A stretch of 32,000 nt of DNA, from contig NC_003450.3 of assembly GCF_000011325.1 (NCBI RefSeq), positions 1,110,001-1,142,000 on the forward strand, written 5' to 3'. Below are positions 16,313 to 25,058 of this stretch, one piece after another. Source of the DNA: Corynebacterium glutamicum ATCC 13032 (GTDB lineage Bacteria; Actinomycetota; Actinomycetes; Mycobacteriales; Mycobacteriaceae). The translations under genes and the position numbers were made by a program. A model generated the notes under the pieces. That model ran no database searches. It was not told where the DNA came from and was given only the letters and a program-made list of their open reading frames with translations. Each line of letters starts with the position of its first letter. Position 1 is the stretch's first letter.

Positions 16313-16400
16313 GACACGGGTGCTCGGTGAAAATCCGGGCTGAGATCTGGCATAGCCACGACCGTCGAACCTGATCCGGATAATGCCGGCGATAGGGAGG
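16313..16400 (+). promoter_or_regulatory. TPP (THI-box) riboswitch
   Basis: Conserved core is readable: GGGTGC ... GGGCTGAGA ... CGAACCTGATCCGGATAATGCCGGCG-AT-AGGGAGG. The 3' end contains the SD of the downstream gene. Confidence 0.9.
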
Positions 16401-16406
16401 AAAAAT

Positions 16407-17012
16407 ATGGCTAGTCCTGCCATGCAAAAAACTAATCAACCAAAGTCTTCCTGGCGTGTTATTGACATCGTCATCGCATCCGTTTTGGGTGTCGCCTGCG
16501 GATTGATTTTCATCGTGTGGAATTCCATCGGCTACGCCTGGACCACCGCATTTCACGCACTCACACCAGGCCTTGGCGGCATCGCCATTGGTATTTGGCT
16601 GCTCGGTGGTGTGCTCGGTGGGTTGGTTATCCGCAAGCCGGGTGCCGCAATTTTCGTTGAAGTAGTGGCCGCATGTGTCTCTGCAGCGCTTGCTTCACAG
16701 TTTGGTATCTCCACCATTTACTCCGGCTTGGCGCAGGGAATCGGCGCTGAAATCATCTTCGCGCTGTTCCTCTACCGTCGCTACAGCCTGCCCACCACCA
16801 TGCTTGCAGGTATGGGCGCAGGTGGCGGCGCAATTTTCCTGGAAATGTTCTTCTACGGAAACCTCGCAAAGACGATGTCCTTCAACATCATCTATTCCAC
16901 CACTGTCCTTATTTCCGGTGCGATCCTTGCCGGCCTGCTCAGCTGGTACCTGGTCCGCGCGTTGGCGAGGACTGGTGCACTTGATCGTTTCGCCGCTGGC
17001 CGCGAGGTATAA
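16407..17012 (+). CDS. ykoE: ECF transporter substrate-specific (S) component, YkoE type (thiamine precursor)
   Basis: About 6 TM and 201 aa from ATG 16407 (AGGGAGG SD plus 6 nt). The ORF-track start at 16383 lies inside the riboswitch aptamer. Directly followed by the ECF ATPase and T component. Confidence 0.85.
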   Translation: MASPAMQKTNQPKSSWRVIDIVIASVLGVACGLIFIVWNSIGYAWTTAFHALTPGLGGIAIGIWLLGGVLGGLVIRKPGAAIFVEVVAACVSAALASQFGISTIYSGLAQGIGAEIIFALFLYRRYSLPTTMLAGMGAGGGAIFLEMFFYGNLAKTMSFNIIYSTTVLISGAILAGLLSWYLVRALARTGALDRFAAGREV

Positions 17013-18353
17013 ATGACCACCGCACTTGGAACGCGCGTTGTTGCGCGCAACTTTGGCTACCGCCATGCTTCCCGGGAAAACCCCGCGCTCAAAGACATCA
17101 ACTTCGAGATCGCACCTGGTGAACGCATCCTGCTCACCGGCGCTTCCGGCGCCGGAAAATCCACGCTACTCGCCGCGCTCGCTGGCGTTTTAGGCGGTTC
17201 TGATGAGGGCGTTTCTACGGGCGAATTGCTTGTCGACGCCCCCTCCATCGGTTTGGTTCTCCAAGATCCAGATTCCCAAGTCATCGCCTCCCGCATCGGC
17301 GATGATGTGGCGTTTGGCTGCGAAAACCTCCAAATTCCGCGCGAGGAAATCTGGCCACGGGTGGAACGAGCACTTGAATTGGTGGGCTTGGATCTACCAC
17401 TGAGCCACCCCACGAAATATCTTTCCGGTGGCCAAAAACAACGCCTCGCTCTTGCCGGTGTGATCGCCATGGGTGCTCGTCTGATTCTGCTTGATGAACC
17501 CACCGCAAACCTTGATCCTCAAGGCCAAAAAGATGTGGTCGCAGCAGTGGATCGCGTTGTTCAGGAAACTGGAGCAACACTCATCGTGGTGGAACACCGC
17601 CATGAGCTGTGGGTCAACATCATTGACCGGATCATCAGTATTACTGACGGCGAAGATGTCCAACCTGCAGAGTTGATCAAGGTGGGCCAGTTGCCTGGGG
17701 CGCAGCCGTCGACAAGCAAACCGATCTTGTGGGCGAATGATTTGCTGTGCACCTGGGGCGGCCTGCGTAGTTTTGAGGTGCCGGAAGGCGCCTCGACGGT
17801 GATCACCGGGCCGAATGGCGCTGGAAAATCCACACTTGCGCTGACCATGGGTGGATTGCTTCCGCCGAAAAGTGGGCAGCTGGAACTCTCTGACACGGTG
17901 CGCGGCGGCCTTAACACGCCCCCGCACAAGTGGCGTTCAGCTGATCTAGCTGCACGTATTGGCACTGTCTTTCAGGATCCAGAGCACCAATTTGTGGCGC
18001 GCACTGTGCGTGATGAGCTAGAAATTGGGCCGAAAATCATGAAAGTCGATGCAAGCGAGCGCATCGAGGAGCTGCTTGATCGTTTGCGCCTCCGCCACTT
18101 GGAAAACGCCAATCCGTTTACCTTGAGTGGTGGAGAAAAGCGCCGCCTATCTGTGGCGACAGCCTTGGTGGCAGCACCGAAACTTCTCATTTTGGATGAG
18201 CCTACGTTTGGCCAAGATCCCGAGACCTTCACAGAGCTGGTGACGATGTTGCGTGAATTAACAGACAACGGAATCAGCATTGTGTCGGTAACCCATGATC
18301 CTGATTTCATCGCAGCGCTGGGCGATCACCACATTGAGGTGAGCGCGAAGTGA
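17013..18353 (+). CDS. ykoD: ECF transporter fused double ATPase (A-A')
   Basis: Two ABC modules. Module 1: GASGAGKST / LSGGQKQRLALA / LILLDEPTANLD. Module 2: GPNGAGKST / LSGGEKRRLSVA / LLILDEPTFGQD. The start abuts the ykoE stop (TAAATG). Confidence 0.9.
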   Translation: MTTALGTRVVARNFGYRHASRENPALKDINFEIAPGERILLTGASGAGKSTLLAALAGVLGGSDEGVSTGELLVDAPSIGLVLQDPDSQVIASRIGDDVAFGCENLQIPREEIWPRVERALELVGLDLPLSHPTKYLSGGQKQRLALAGVIAMGARLILLDEPTANLDPQGQKDVVAAVDRVVQETGATLIVVEHRHELWVNIIDRIISITDGEDVQPAELIKVGQLPGAQPSTSKPILWANDLLCTWGGLRSFEVPEGASTVITGPNGAGKSTLALTMGGLLPPKSGQLELSDTVRGGLNTPPHKWRSADLAARIGTVFQDPEHQFVARTVRDELEIGPKIMKVDASERIEELLDRLRLRHLENANPFTLSGGEKRRLSVATALVAAPKLLILDEPTFGQDPETFTELVTMLRELTDNGISIVSVTHDPDFIAALGDHHIEVSAK

Positions 18354-19105
18354 ACCTGCTGATCAAAATTAATCCCGTCACCCGCATCATCGCGTTGATG
18401 GTACTGACCACGCCGTTGCTGCTGAGTTTGGATGTGATGTCGGCAGCGATCGCGCTGGTGGCAACCATTATTCTGGCACCATTTGCCGGCGTGACCTGGA
18501 AGATGCTGCTGAAACGTGGCTGGATGCTGTTCCTCATGGCACCGGTGGCTGCATTATCCATGGCGCTTTATGGCAGGCCGGATGGAAAAGAGTACTTTAG
18601 CTTCCTGCTCATTCACGTCACTGATAATTCACTGGCTTTGGCTGCTGCCATTGGGCTGCGTGTTCTGGCGATTGGTCTGCCCGTTGTGGTGCTGATTGCT
18701 CGCATTGATCCCACCGACCTGGGCGATGGTTTGGCGCAGCTGCTCAAACTGCCTGAAAGGTTTGTCATCGGTGCTGTGGCAGGAAGCCGACTGATGACGC
18801 TTTTTCGGGAAGATTGGTACTCCATGTCCAGGGCAAGGCGTGCCCGCGGAATTGCTGATCAGGGCAAGATCAAGCACTTTTTCACCATGACTTTTGGTTT
18901 GTTGGTGCTCTCGCTTCGCCGTGGATCCAAGCTTGCAACGGCGATGGAAGCACGCGGTTTTGGTCGCACGACTGGCCGCACCTGGGCAAGGGAATCCACC
19001 GTCGGCGCGCGCGATCTGGTGCTCATCTTGGTGTGTGCTGCCATTTCCGCGATCGCTCTAACCGTGTCCATTCAGACTGGTTTCTTTAAGTTCTTGGGCA
19101 CATGA
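18350..19105 (+). CDS. ykoC: ECF transporter transmembrane (T) component, CbiQ family
   Basis: 251 aa, polytopic. Arg-rich coupling region (SMSRARRARG ... ATAMEARGF). GTGA start/stop overlap with ykoD. Confidence 0.85.
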   Translation: MNLLIKINPVTRIIALMVLTTPLLLSLDVMSAAIALVATIILAPFAGVTWKMLLKRGWMLFLMAPVAALSMALYGRPDGKEYFSFLLIHVTDNSLALAAAIGLRVLAIGLPVVVLIARIDPTDLGDGLAQLLKLPERFVIGAVAGSRLMTLFREDWYSMSRARRARGIADQGKIKHFFTMTFGLLVLSLRRGSKLATAMEARGFGRTTGRTWARESTVGARDLVLILVCAAISAIALTVSIQTGFFKFLGT

Positions 19106-19635
19106 TCACAGTTTTAATTGATGGACAATCCGGTGCGGGCAAAACCACCTTGGCGGGTGAGTTAGCTGCCCGCACCGGGTTTCAGTTGGTTCATTTGGAT
19201 GACTTTTATCCTGGTTGGACTGGCCTTGAAGCGGCATCGGAGATTGTTGCACGCCATGTTTTGGACGCGGACAACCCCGGTTTCTTCACGTGGGATTGGC
19301 ACAACAATTGCCAAGGCGATTGGATCAAGTTGGAGCCTGGTCGAAGTCTCATTATCGAAGGCTCTGGATCAATCACTGCTGCAACAAAACGCAAGGCATC
19401 GCTGTTGGGCGAGCTGGTGACCGTTCGTATCACTGGTCCTGAGGCTTTAAGAAAACAGCGCGCCCTCAACCGCGATCCTGATTACGCACCATTTTGGAAA
19501 GTGTGGGCGCAGCAGGAGCAACGCCATTTCTCTTTAGGCGTTGAGGTGGATCATGAGATTGTGCTAGGTTCTGATGAGGCTTCGGGACGACCCGAAGAAA
19601 TCTATGACAGCCTGGGAACGGCCCAGAGTTCTTAA
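19102..19635 (+). CDS. uncharacterised P-loop NTPase, nucleoside-kinase-like
   Basis: 177 aa with Walker A GQSGAGKTT at residues 8-16. The HLDDFYPGW motif resembles the DxFF/DSYY motif of uridine and nicotinamide-riboside kinases. ATGA overlap with the ykoC stop. Confidence 0.6.
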   Translation: MITVLIDGQSGAGKTTLAGELAARTGFQLVHLDDFYPGWTGLEAASEIVARHVLDADNPGFFTWDWHNNCQGDWIKLEPGRSLIIEGSGSITAATKRKASLLGELVTVRITGPEALRKQRALNRDPDYAPFWKVWAQQEQRHFSLGVEVDHEIVLGSDEASGRPEEIYDSLGTAQSS

Positions 19636-19654
19636 GAAAGTTTGACTAGAGAAC

Positions 19655-20707
19655 ATGCCGTTTTCTTGGCTAAAACCAATTGATTATGCCCGCATCTTTG
19701 TCGGCTGGGCATCGATTTTTATCATCCCCCTCATCACACTGCCATCAATTATTGAGTTGGCGCTGATCGTGGCAGTCATCCTATTCTGCGCATTTGGCGT
19801 GGTGAAGATGGCGGAGCGTTTGGCTCATATTTTGGGTGATCCTTTTGGATCGTTGATCCTTACCTTGTCGATCGTGATCATTGAAGTGATTTTGATCTGT
19901 GCGGTGATGCTGGGGCCTGCTGATTCAACCACTGCTGGTCGGGATTCCGTGATGGCAGTGTCCATGATCATCATGGGTTTGGTCGTGGGATTGTGCCTAC
20001 TCATTGGTGGTTTAAGGCATGGAAGCATGCCACACAATGGGGTGGGAACTCCGACCTACTTGGTGCTGATCGCAACTTTTTCCGTAATCGCCTTTGCGGT
20101 TCCAGCTTTCAGGGGAGAATACTCCACTGGGCAGGCACTTGTTATTTCAACACTGACAGCAGTGGTGTACGGGTTCTTCCTGTTTCGCCAAATGGGTGCC
20201 CAAGCTGGTGAATTTCAAGAGGTCGAGGTCGCAGAAAAGGCAGACGACGCAGCAAAATGGGAGGTCCCATTTAGAGGCTTAATCTTGATTATCACTGTGC
20301 TCCCCATCGTGTTGCTGTCCCATGACATGGCCACGGTGATGGATGAAGTCCTGGCAAGCCTTGGTGCACCCGTAGCAATGGCTGGATTAATTATTGCCAC
20401 CATTGTCTTCTTGCCAGAGACCATCACCTCCTTGAAAGCTGCGTGGACAGGAGAGATTCAGCGAGTAAGCAACCTCGCGCATGGAGCCCAAGTATCAACG
20501 GTGGGGCTGACAATCCCAGCTGTTCTAGTGATCGGCGTGATCACAGGTCAAGATGTAGTTTTGGGGGAGACCCCGATCAACTTGTTGCTGCTGGGAACCA
20601 CCATTGCGGTGACAGCCATTGCGTTTAGCTCCAAGAAAGTCAGTGCTGTGCATGGCTCGGTGCTGCTCATGCTTTTCGGTGTTTACATGATGAGCATGTT
20701 CGCCTGA
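19655..20707 (+). CDS. chaA: Ca2+/H+ antiporter (CaCA family)
   Basis: 350 aa, about 10-11 TM, with two alpha-repeat-like regions (GDPFGSLILTLSIVIIEV; FLPETITSLKAA). Confidence 0.85.
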   Translation: MPFSWLKPIDYARIFVGWASIFIIPLITLPSIIELALIVAVILFCAFGVVKMAERLAHILGDPFGSLILTLSIVIIEVILICAVMLGPADSTTAGRDSVMAVSMIIMGLVVGLCLLIGGLRHGSMPHNGVGTPTYLVLIATFSVIAFAVPAFRGEYSTGQALVISTLTAVVYGFFLFRQMGAQAGEFQEVEVAEKADDAAKWEVPFRGLILIITVLPIVLLSHDMATVMDEVLASLGAPVAMAGLIIATIVFLPETITSLKAAWTGEIQRVSNLAHGAQVSTVGLTIPAVLVIGVITGQDVVLGETPINLLLLGTTIAVTAIAFSSKKVSAVHGSVLLMLFGVYMMSMFA

Positions 20708-20720
20708 TTTAGGTAGCCTG

Positions 20721-21431
20721 GTGGGAATGAGTGCACTTGAGACATTGCAATGGCAGGACTGGTCAAGCGTCTTAATTGTGGTAGCTCACCCAGATGATCC
20801 GGAGTATGGGCTTTCCGCGGCTGTTAAAGAATGGACAGACGCCGGGGTGGAGGTGTCTTACCTGCTGCTCACCCACGGGGAGGCAGGTATCCAAGGTTTA
20901 GACCCTAAAGAAACCGGGTCATTGCGCGCAGCGGAACAGCGGGCTGCATGTGATGTGGTAGGAGTTAGAAATCTCACCATTTTGAATCACCCAGATTCCA
21001 TGTTGGTGTACAATCTGGTACTGCGCAAAGATATTGCTCGGGAAATCCGGATCCGTAAACCAAATGCTGTGGTGGTATCCAATTTTGATGTAGAGGCCTA
21101 CGGTGGTTTGAACCAGGCGGATCACCGCGTGGCGGGATTAGCCGCAATTGATGCGACCCGCGATGCCGCTAATCCGTGGGCGCAGCCAGAGCTGTTGCAG
21201 GAGGATCTGCAGCCGTGGGGAGCTGAAGTCATCATCATTGCCGGACACCCAGAGCCCACCCACACCATGGATCTGGCTAAAGATTCTGTTGATGCCGGAG
21301 TTGCATCCCTTCAAGCTCACAAGGAATACTTGGCCGCTCTTCCAGATCCCCCGAAGCCGGAGGAGTTCATTCCGGCGTTTCTCGAGGTAGAGGGCGGTTA
21401 CGCAGCGGCCTTCCGAGTTTTCGGACGGTAA
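20721..21431 (+). CDS. PIG-L / LmbE-family deacetylase
   Basis: Signature VVAHPDDPEYG near the N-terminus and a downstream HxxH-type region (NQADHRVAG). GTG at 20721 or ATG at 20727. Confidence 0.85.
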   Translation: MGMSALETLQWQDWSSVLIVVAHPDDPEYGLSAAVKEWTDAGVEVSYLLLTHGEAGIQGLDPKETGSLRAAEQRAACDVVGVRNLTILNHPDSMLVYNLVLRKDIAREIRIRKPNAVVVSNFDVEAYGGLNQADHRVAGLAAIDATRDAANPWAQPELLQEDLQPWGAEVIIIAGHPEPTHTMDLAKDSVDAGVASLQAHKEYLAALPDPPKPEEFIPAFLEVEGGYAAAFRVFGR

Positions 21432-22123
21432 GCAGGGCGATACGTGATAGGCAGCTTATCAATCAGATAAGACCACAAAGCCCACACTGCACACAGGAGT
21501 AATACTTCCGCGACGATGTAGAACGGCCATCCTCCCAACAAATCCAGAATTGACGCTGATTCTGGTTCTGTGGAGAGGTACCCGTAGTTGGTTCCCAAAA
21601 ATGCGTTGACCATGAGGCACATGATGCCCCAGCTAATCGCCACTGCAACGGACATAACCACTCCGGACAGCCCTGGCTTTTCTCCAAAAGCGAAAATGAG
21701 AATTATAGCTGCTAGGAACACAGAAATGTGCATAAACCAGTACATTAAAAACTCCAGCCAGGGAACCTGTAAATACTGAACATCTGGAGTGAGCAGTGAC
21801 ATCAGGTTGATCGTGGTGCCCCACAAAATAGTCACTGAAACTGCCCACCGCGCGCGATTAATCAATGCGATGGCAGCAATAATGCGCAATGCATCTGAGA
21901 AGTGGAATGGCCAAGATTGGTCCAGCGTGTAATAGCCGGGCATAAAATTCCACAGGTTCGACAGAAGTGTTGCGATGAGTAGCACCCAGCCAAATGCCGG
22001 TGCGAAGTTGAATCGACGAGCAATGGGGACGACAAGAATCGCTAAAACCACAGCGGTGATGAGCATCGAAATATGCTCAAAACCGTACTGTGGCATAGCG
22101 CCGAGATCACCAGGGTTTTCCAT
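21398..22123 (-). CDS. integral membrane protein of unknown function (about 7 TM; possibly YwaF/TIGR02206-like)
   Basis: 241 aa, strongly hydrophobic, with no catalytic motif recognised. Its 3' end overlaps the convergent PIG-L gene by 34 bp. Confidence 0.7.
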   Translation of the reverse strand: MENPGDLGAMPQYGFEHISMLITAVVLAILVVPIARRFNFAPAFGWVLLIATLLSNLWNFMPGYYTLDQSWPFHFSDALRIIAAIALINRARWAVSVTILWGTTINLMSLLTPDVQYLQVPWLEFLMYWFMHISVFLAAIILIFAFGEKPGLSGVVMSVAVAISWGIMCLMVNAFLGTNYGYLSTEPESASILDLLGGWPFYIVAEVLLLCAVWALWSYLIDKLPITYRPAYRPKTRKAAA

Positions 22124-22129
22124 AAGAAA

Positions 22130-24472
22130 CTAATCTACATAAGCTTTAAGGTGGCGTCCTGTTGGAGTATCAGTTTTGATGAGTTCCGCGGGGCTGCCCT
22201 CGAATACAATCGAGCCACCATCAGAACCTGCACCAGGGCCGACATCAATGATGTGGTCAGCGTGAGCGAGCACGCCGAGGTGGTGTTCGATGACGATGAC
22301 AGACTTGCCGTCATCAACCAGTTGATCAAAAAGATCCAGCAAGGTTTTCACATCAGCGAGGTGCAGGCCTGTGGTGGGCTCATCCAAAATAAAGGTGGTG
22401 GCCTTGTCTGCCATGTGGGTGGCGAGCTTCAAACGCTGGCGTTCACCGCCGGACAACGTGGTGAGCGGCTGGCCGAGGGTGATGTAGCCGAGGCCGACGT
22501 CGACAAGCCTCTTTGCGATCTTTGCCGCAGGCAAAATCTTTGAATCTTTCGCCGCGAAAAACTCATACGCATTGGCAGCCGACAGCCCCAACACGTCTGC
22601 GATGTCCTTGCCACCAAAGTGGTAGTCCAACACGGACTCATCAAAACGCTTGCCCTCGCACACCTCACACGGCGAAGATACCCCAGCCATCATGCCCAAA
22701 TCGACATAGACCGAGCCGGCGCCCTTACAGTTTGGGCACGCGCCTTCAGAATTGGGGGAGAACAGCGCCGGTTTCACATCATTGGCCTTGGCAAAAGCCT
22801 TGCGAATCGAATCCAGCATGCCTGTATATGTCGCAGGATTGGAACGATTAGAACCGTGGATTGCGGTTTGATCGACAAACACAACCGACTCATCACGCGG
22901 AATCTCATGAATCAACGAGGACTTACCCGAACCTGCAACGCCGGAAATCGCCGTGAACACGCCGAGCGGAATATCGACATCCACATTGTTCAAATTATTT
23001 CGATCGGCCCCGCGGATCTCCAGGGCGCCATGCGGCGCACGCACGGATTCCTTCAATGACGCCCGGTCATTAAAATGGAGGCCAGTCACGGTGTCGCTGT
23101 CTTTAAGCTTGTCGACGCTCCCCTCAAACCGAATTTCACCTCCACCCGCGCCTGCACCTGGCCCAAGGTCCACCACATGATCTGCAATGGCGATGGTTTC
23201 CGGCTTGTGCTCCACGACTAAAACGGTATTGCCTTTATCGCGAAGATCGAGCAGCAACTTGTTCATGCGTTCAATGTCGTAGGCGTGCAAACCGGCGGTG
23301 GGTTCATCAAAAACATAGGTGACGTCAGTCAATGCAGAGCCCAAATGGCGGATCATCTTGGTGCGCTGTGCCTCACCACCAGACAACGTGCCAGCGGGGC
23401 GATCGAGTTGGATATAGCCCAAACCGATCTCCACGAAGTTATCCAGGGTTTCAGTCAGTGCGGTGAGCAGGGGAGCAACCGAGGGGGCTTCCACCGTTTT
23501 GATCCACTTGGCCAAATCACGGACCTCCATCGCGCACAACTCAGCGATGTTTTTGCCATTGATCTTGGACTCCAAGGCATGTGGCGCTAATCGAGTTCCA
23601 CCACACGCAGGGCAAGGAATGAAGGTAACCGCTCGATCCACGAACGCACGAATATGCTTCTGCATGCCTTCGCGATCCTTAGACAACATGGATTTCTGAA
23701 TGCGGGGGATAAGACCCTCATAGGTCATGTTGATGCCAGCGATCTTCATCTTGGTGGGCTCAAGATAAAGGAAGTTGTGGCGTTCTTCGTCGGTGAAATC
23801 CTTAATAGGCTTGGCAGCATCAAAAAGGCCCGATTCTGAATACATCCGATAACTCCATCCACCTGGGGTGTAACCGGGGATGGTCAGGGCGCCGTCGTTG
23901 AGGGAGAGGGAGGCGTCGAAAAGCTCTTTGAGGTCGATGTCTGAGGCCCTGCCCATGCCCTCGCACGCTGGGCACATGCCACCCGTGCGTTTGAAGGTAG
24001 CTTTCTCCCGCTTGGTGTTTCCGCCCTTTTCCACCGTGATGGCGCCGGATGCGGAAACAGAGGGGACGTTGAAGGAATAAGCTCCCGGGCCACCCGCGTT
24101 AGGTTCCGCGATTCGGGAAAACAAAATGCGCAACATCGCGGTGGCATCAGTTGCGGTACCCACCGTAGACCGTGGGTTTGCGCCCATCTGCTCCTGATCG
24201 ACGATGATCGCCGTGGTGATGCCTTCCAAATGGTCAACATCGGGCCTTGCCATCGACGGCATGAAACCTTGCACAAAAGTGCTATAGGTTTCGTTGATCA
24301 ACCGGCGTGATTCCGCAGCAATTGTGCCGAACACCAGCGAGGACTTGCCAGATCCCGACACACCCGTGAACACGGTGAGACGCCTTTTAGGGATGCGCAC
24401 CGACACATTTTTGAGGTTGTTTTCATTCGCACCGTGGACCGAAATCCAATCATGGGAATCAGCTTTTTGCAT
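22130..24472 (-). CDS. UvrA-like ATPase, class II (lacks UvrB-binding domain)
   Basis: 780 aa. UvrA N-terminus ([37 protein letters not shown]) and second Walker [10 protein letters not shown]. Two signatures ([16 protein letters not shown]) and Zn modules CPACEG, CPACGG and CPNCKG...CEVCEG. It runs from AYSFNVP almost directly into [10 protein letters not shown], where canonical UvrA carries about 130-150 extra residues. Confidence 0.85.
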   Translation of the reverse strand: MQKADSHDWISVHGANENNLKNVSVRIPKRRLTVFTGVSGSGKSSLVFGTIAAESRRLINETYSTFVQGFMPSMARPDVDHLEGITTAIIVDQEQMGANPRSTVGTATDATAMLRILFSRIAEPNAGGPGAYSFNVPSVSASGAITVEKGGNTKREKATFKRTGGMCPACEGMGRASDIDLKELFDASLSLNDGALTIPGYTPGGWSYRMYSESGLFDAAKPIKDFTDEERHNFLYLEPTKMKIAGINMTYEGLIPRIQKSMLSKDREGMQKHIRAFVDRAVTFIPCPACGGTRLAPHALESKINGKNIAELCAMEVRDLAKWIKTVEAPSVAPLLTALTETLDNFVEIGLGYIQLDRPAGTLSGGEAQRTKMIRHLGSALTDVTYVFDEPTAGLHAYDIERMNKLLLDLRDKGNTVLVVEHKPETIAIADHVVDLGPGAGAGGGEIRFEGSVDKLKDSDTVTGLHFNDRASLKESVRAPHGALEIRGADRNNLNNVDVDIPLGVFTAISGVAGSGKSSLIHEIPRDESVVFVDQTAIHGSNRSNPATYTGMLDSIRKAFAKANDVKPALFSPNSEGACPNCKGAGSVYVDLGMMAGVSSPCEVCEGKRFDESVLDYHFGGKDIADVLGLSAANAYEFFAAKDSKILPAAKIAKRLVDVGLGYITLGQPLTTLSGGERQRLKLATHMADKATTFILDEPTTGLHLADVKTLLDLFDQLVDDGKSVIVIEHHLGVLAHADHIIDVGPGAGSDGGSIVFEGSPAELIKTDTPTGRHLKAYVD

Positions 24473-24547
24473 GTGTCATATCGTACCGTTTGCATAGGCC
24501 TGTTCGCGCTTGGTGAACCTTTTCTAGCACCAAAACAAAACTCTCCC

Positions 24548-24553
24548 TAGTAT
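24548..24553 (+). promoter_or_regulatory. candidate -10 hexamer TAGTAT for a leaderless tpx transcript
   Basis: TAGTAT-N7-ATG (ATG at 24561), with no SD. Confidence 0.35.
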
Positions 24554-24560
24554 GGGGTCC

Positions 24561-25058
24561 ATGGCTAAAACACATTTTCAAGGCAACGAAACTGCTACCT
24601 CCGGCGAACTGCCACAGGTCGGCGACAACCTCGCAGAGTTCAACCTCGTCAACACCGAACTGGGCGAGGTCTCCTCAAAGGACTTCCAGGGCCGCAAGCT
24701 TGTCCTGAACATCTTCCCATCCGTTGACACCGGCGTTTGTGCAACATCAGTCCGCAAGTTCAACGAGGCAGCAGCAAGCCTGGAAAACACCACCGTGCTG
24801 TGCATCTCCAAGGATCTTCCATTCGCACTGGGCCGTTTCTGCTCCGCAGAAGGCATCGAGAACGTCACCCCAGTATCCGCATTCCGTTCCACCTTCGGTG
24901 AAGACAACGGCATCGTGCTCGAAGGCTCACCACTTAAGGGTCTTCTTGCACGCAGCGTCATCGTCGTCGATGAAAACGGCAAGGTTGCTTACACCCAGTT
25001 GGTTGATGAGATCTCCACTGAACCTGATTACGACGCTGCACTTGCTGCGCTGAACTAA
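24561..25058 (+). CDS. tpx: thiol peroxidase (atypical 2-Cys peroxiredoxin)
   Basis: Peroxidatic-Cys motif [10 protein letters not shown] and second Cys in [11 protein letters not shown]. The N-terminus [10 protein letters not shown]...GELPQVG aligns with known Tpx N-termini, so ATG 24561 is preferred over 24552. Confidence 0.95.
   Translation: MAKTHFQGNETATSGELPQVGDNLAEFNLVNTELGEVSSKDFQGRKLVLNIFPSVDTGVCATSVRKFNEAAASLENTTVLCISKDLPFALGRFCSAEGIENVTPVSAFRSTFGEDNGIVLEGSPLKGLLARSVIVVDENGKVAYTQLVDEISTEPDYDAALAALN

Noticed and set aside
16084-16374. 96-aa plus-strand ORF in the pobA / ykoE intergenic region
   Set aside because: It spans non-coding promoter DNA and runs into the TPP aptamer. It has no SD, an odd Cys/Arg/Gly-rich composition and no recognisable motif. 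The riboswitch explains the conserved part.
16383-16406. ORF-track start of ykoE at ATG 16383
   Set aside because: This ATG is part of the conserved ATAATGCCGGCG core of the TPP aptamer. ATG 16407 has a proper AGGGAGG SD 6 nt upstream.
22130-24472. Calling this gene the canonical NER uvrA
   Set aside because: It is about 160 aa shorter than canonical UvrA, with the UvrB-binding insert missing, so it is annotated as a class-II paralogue.
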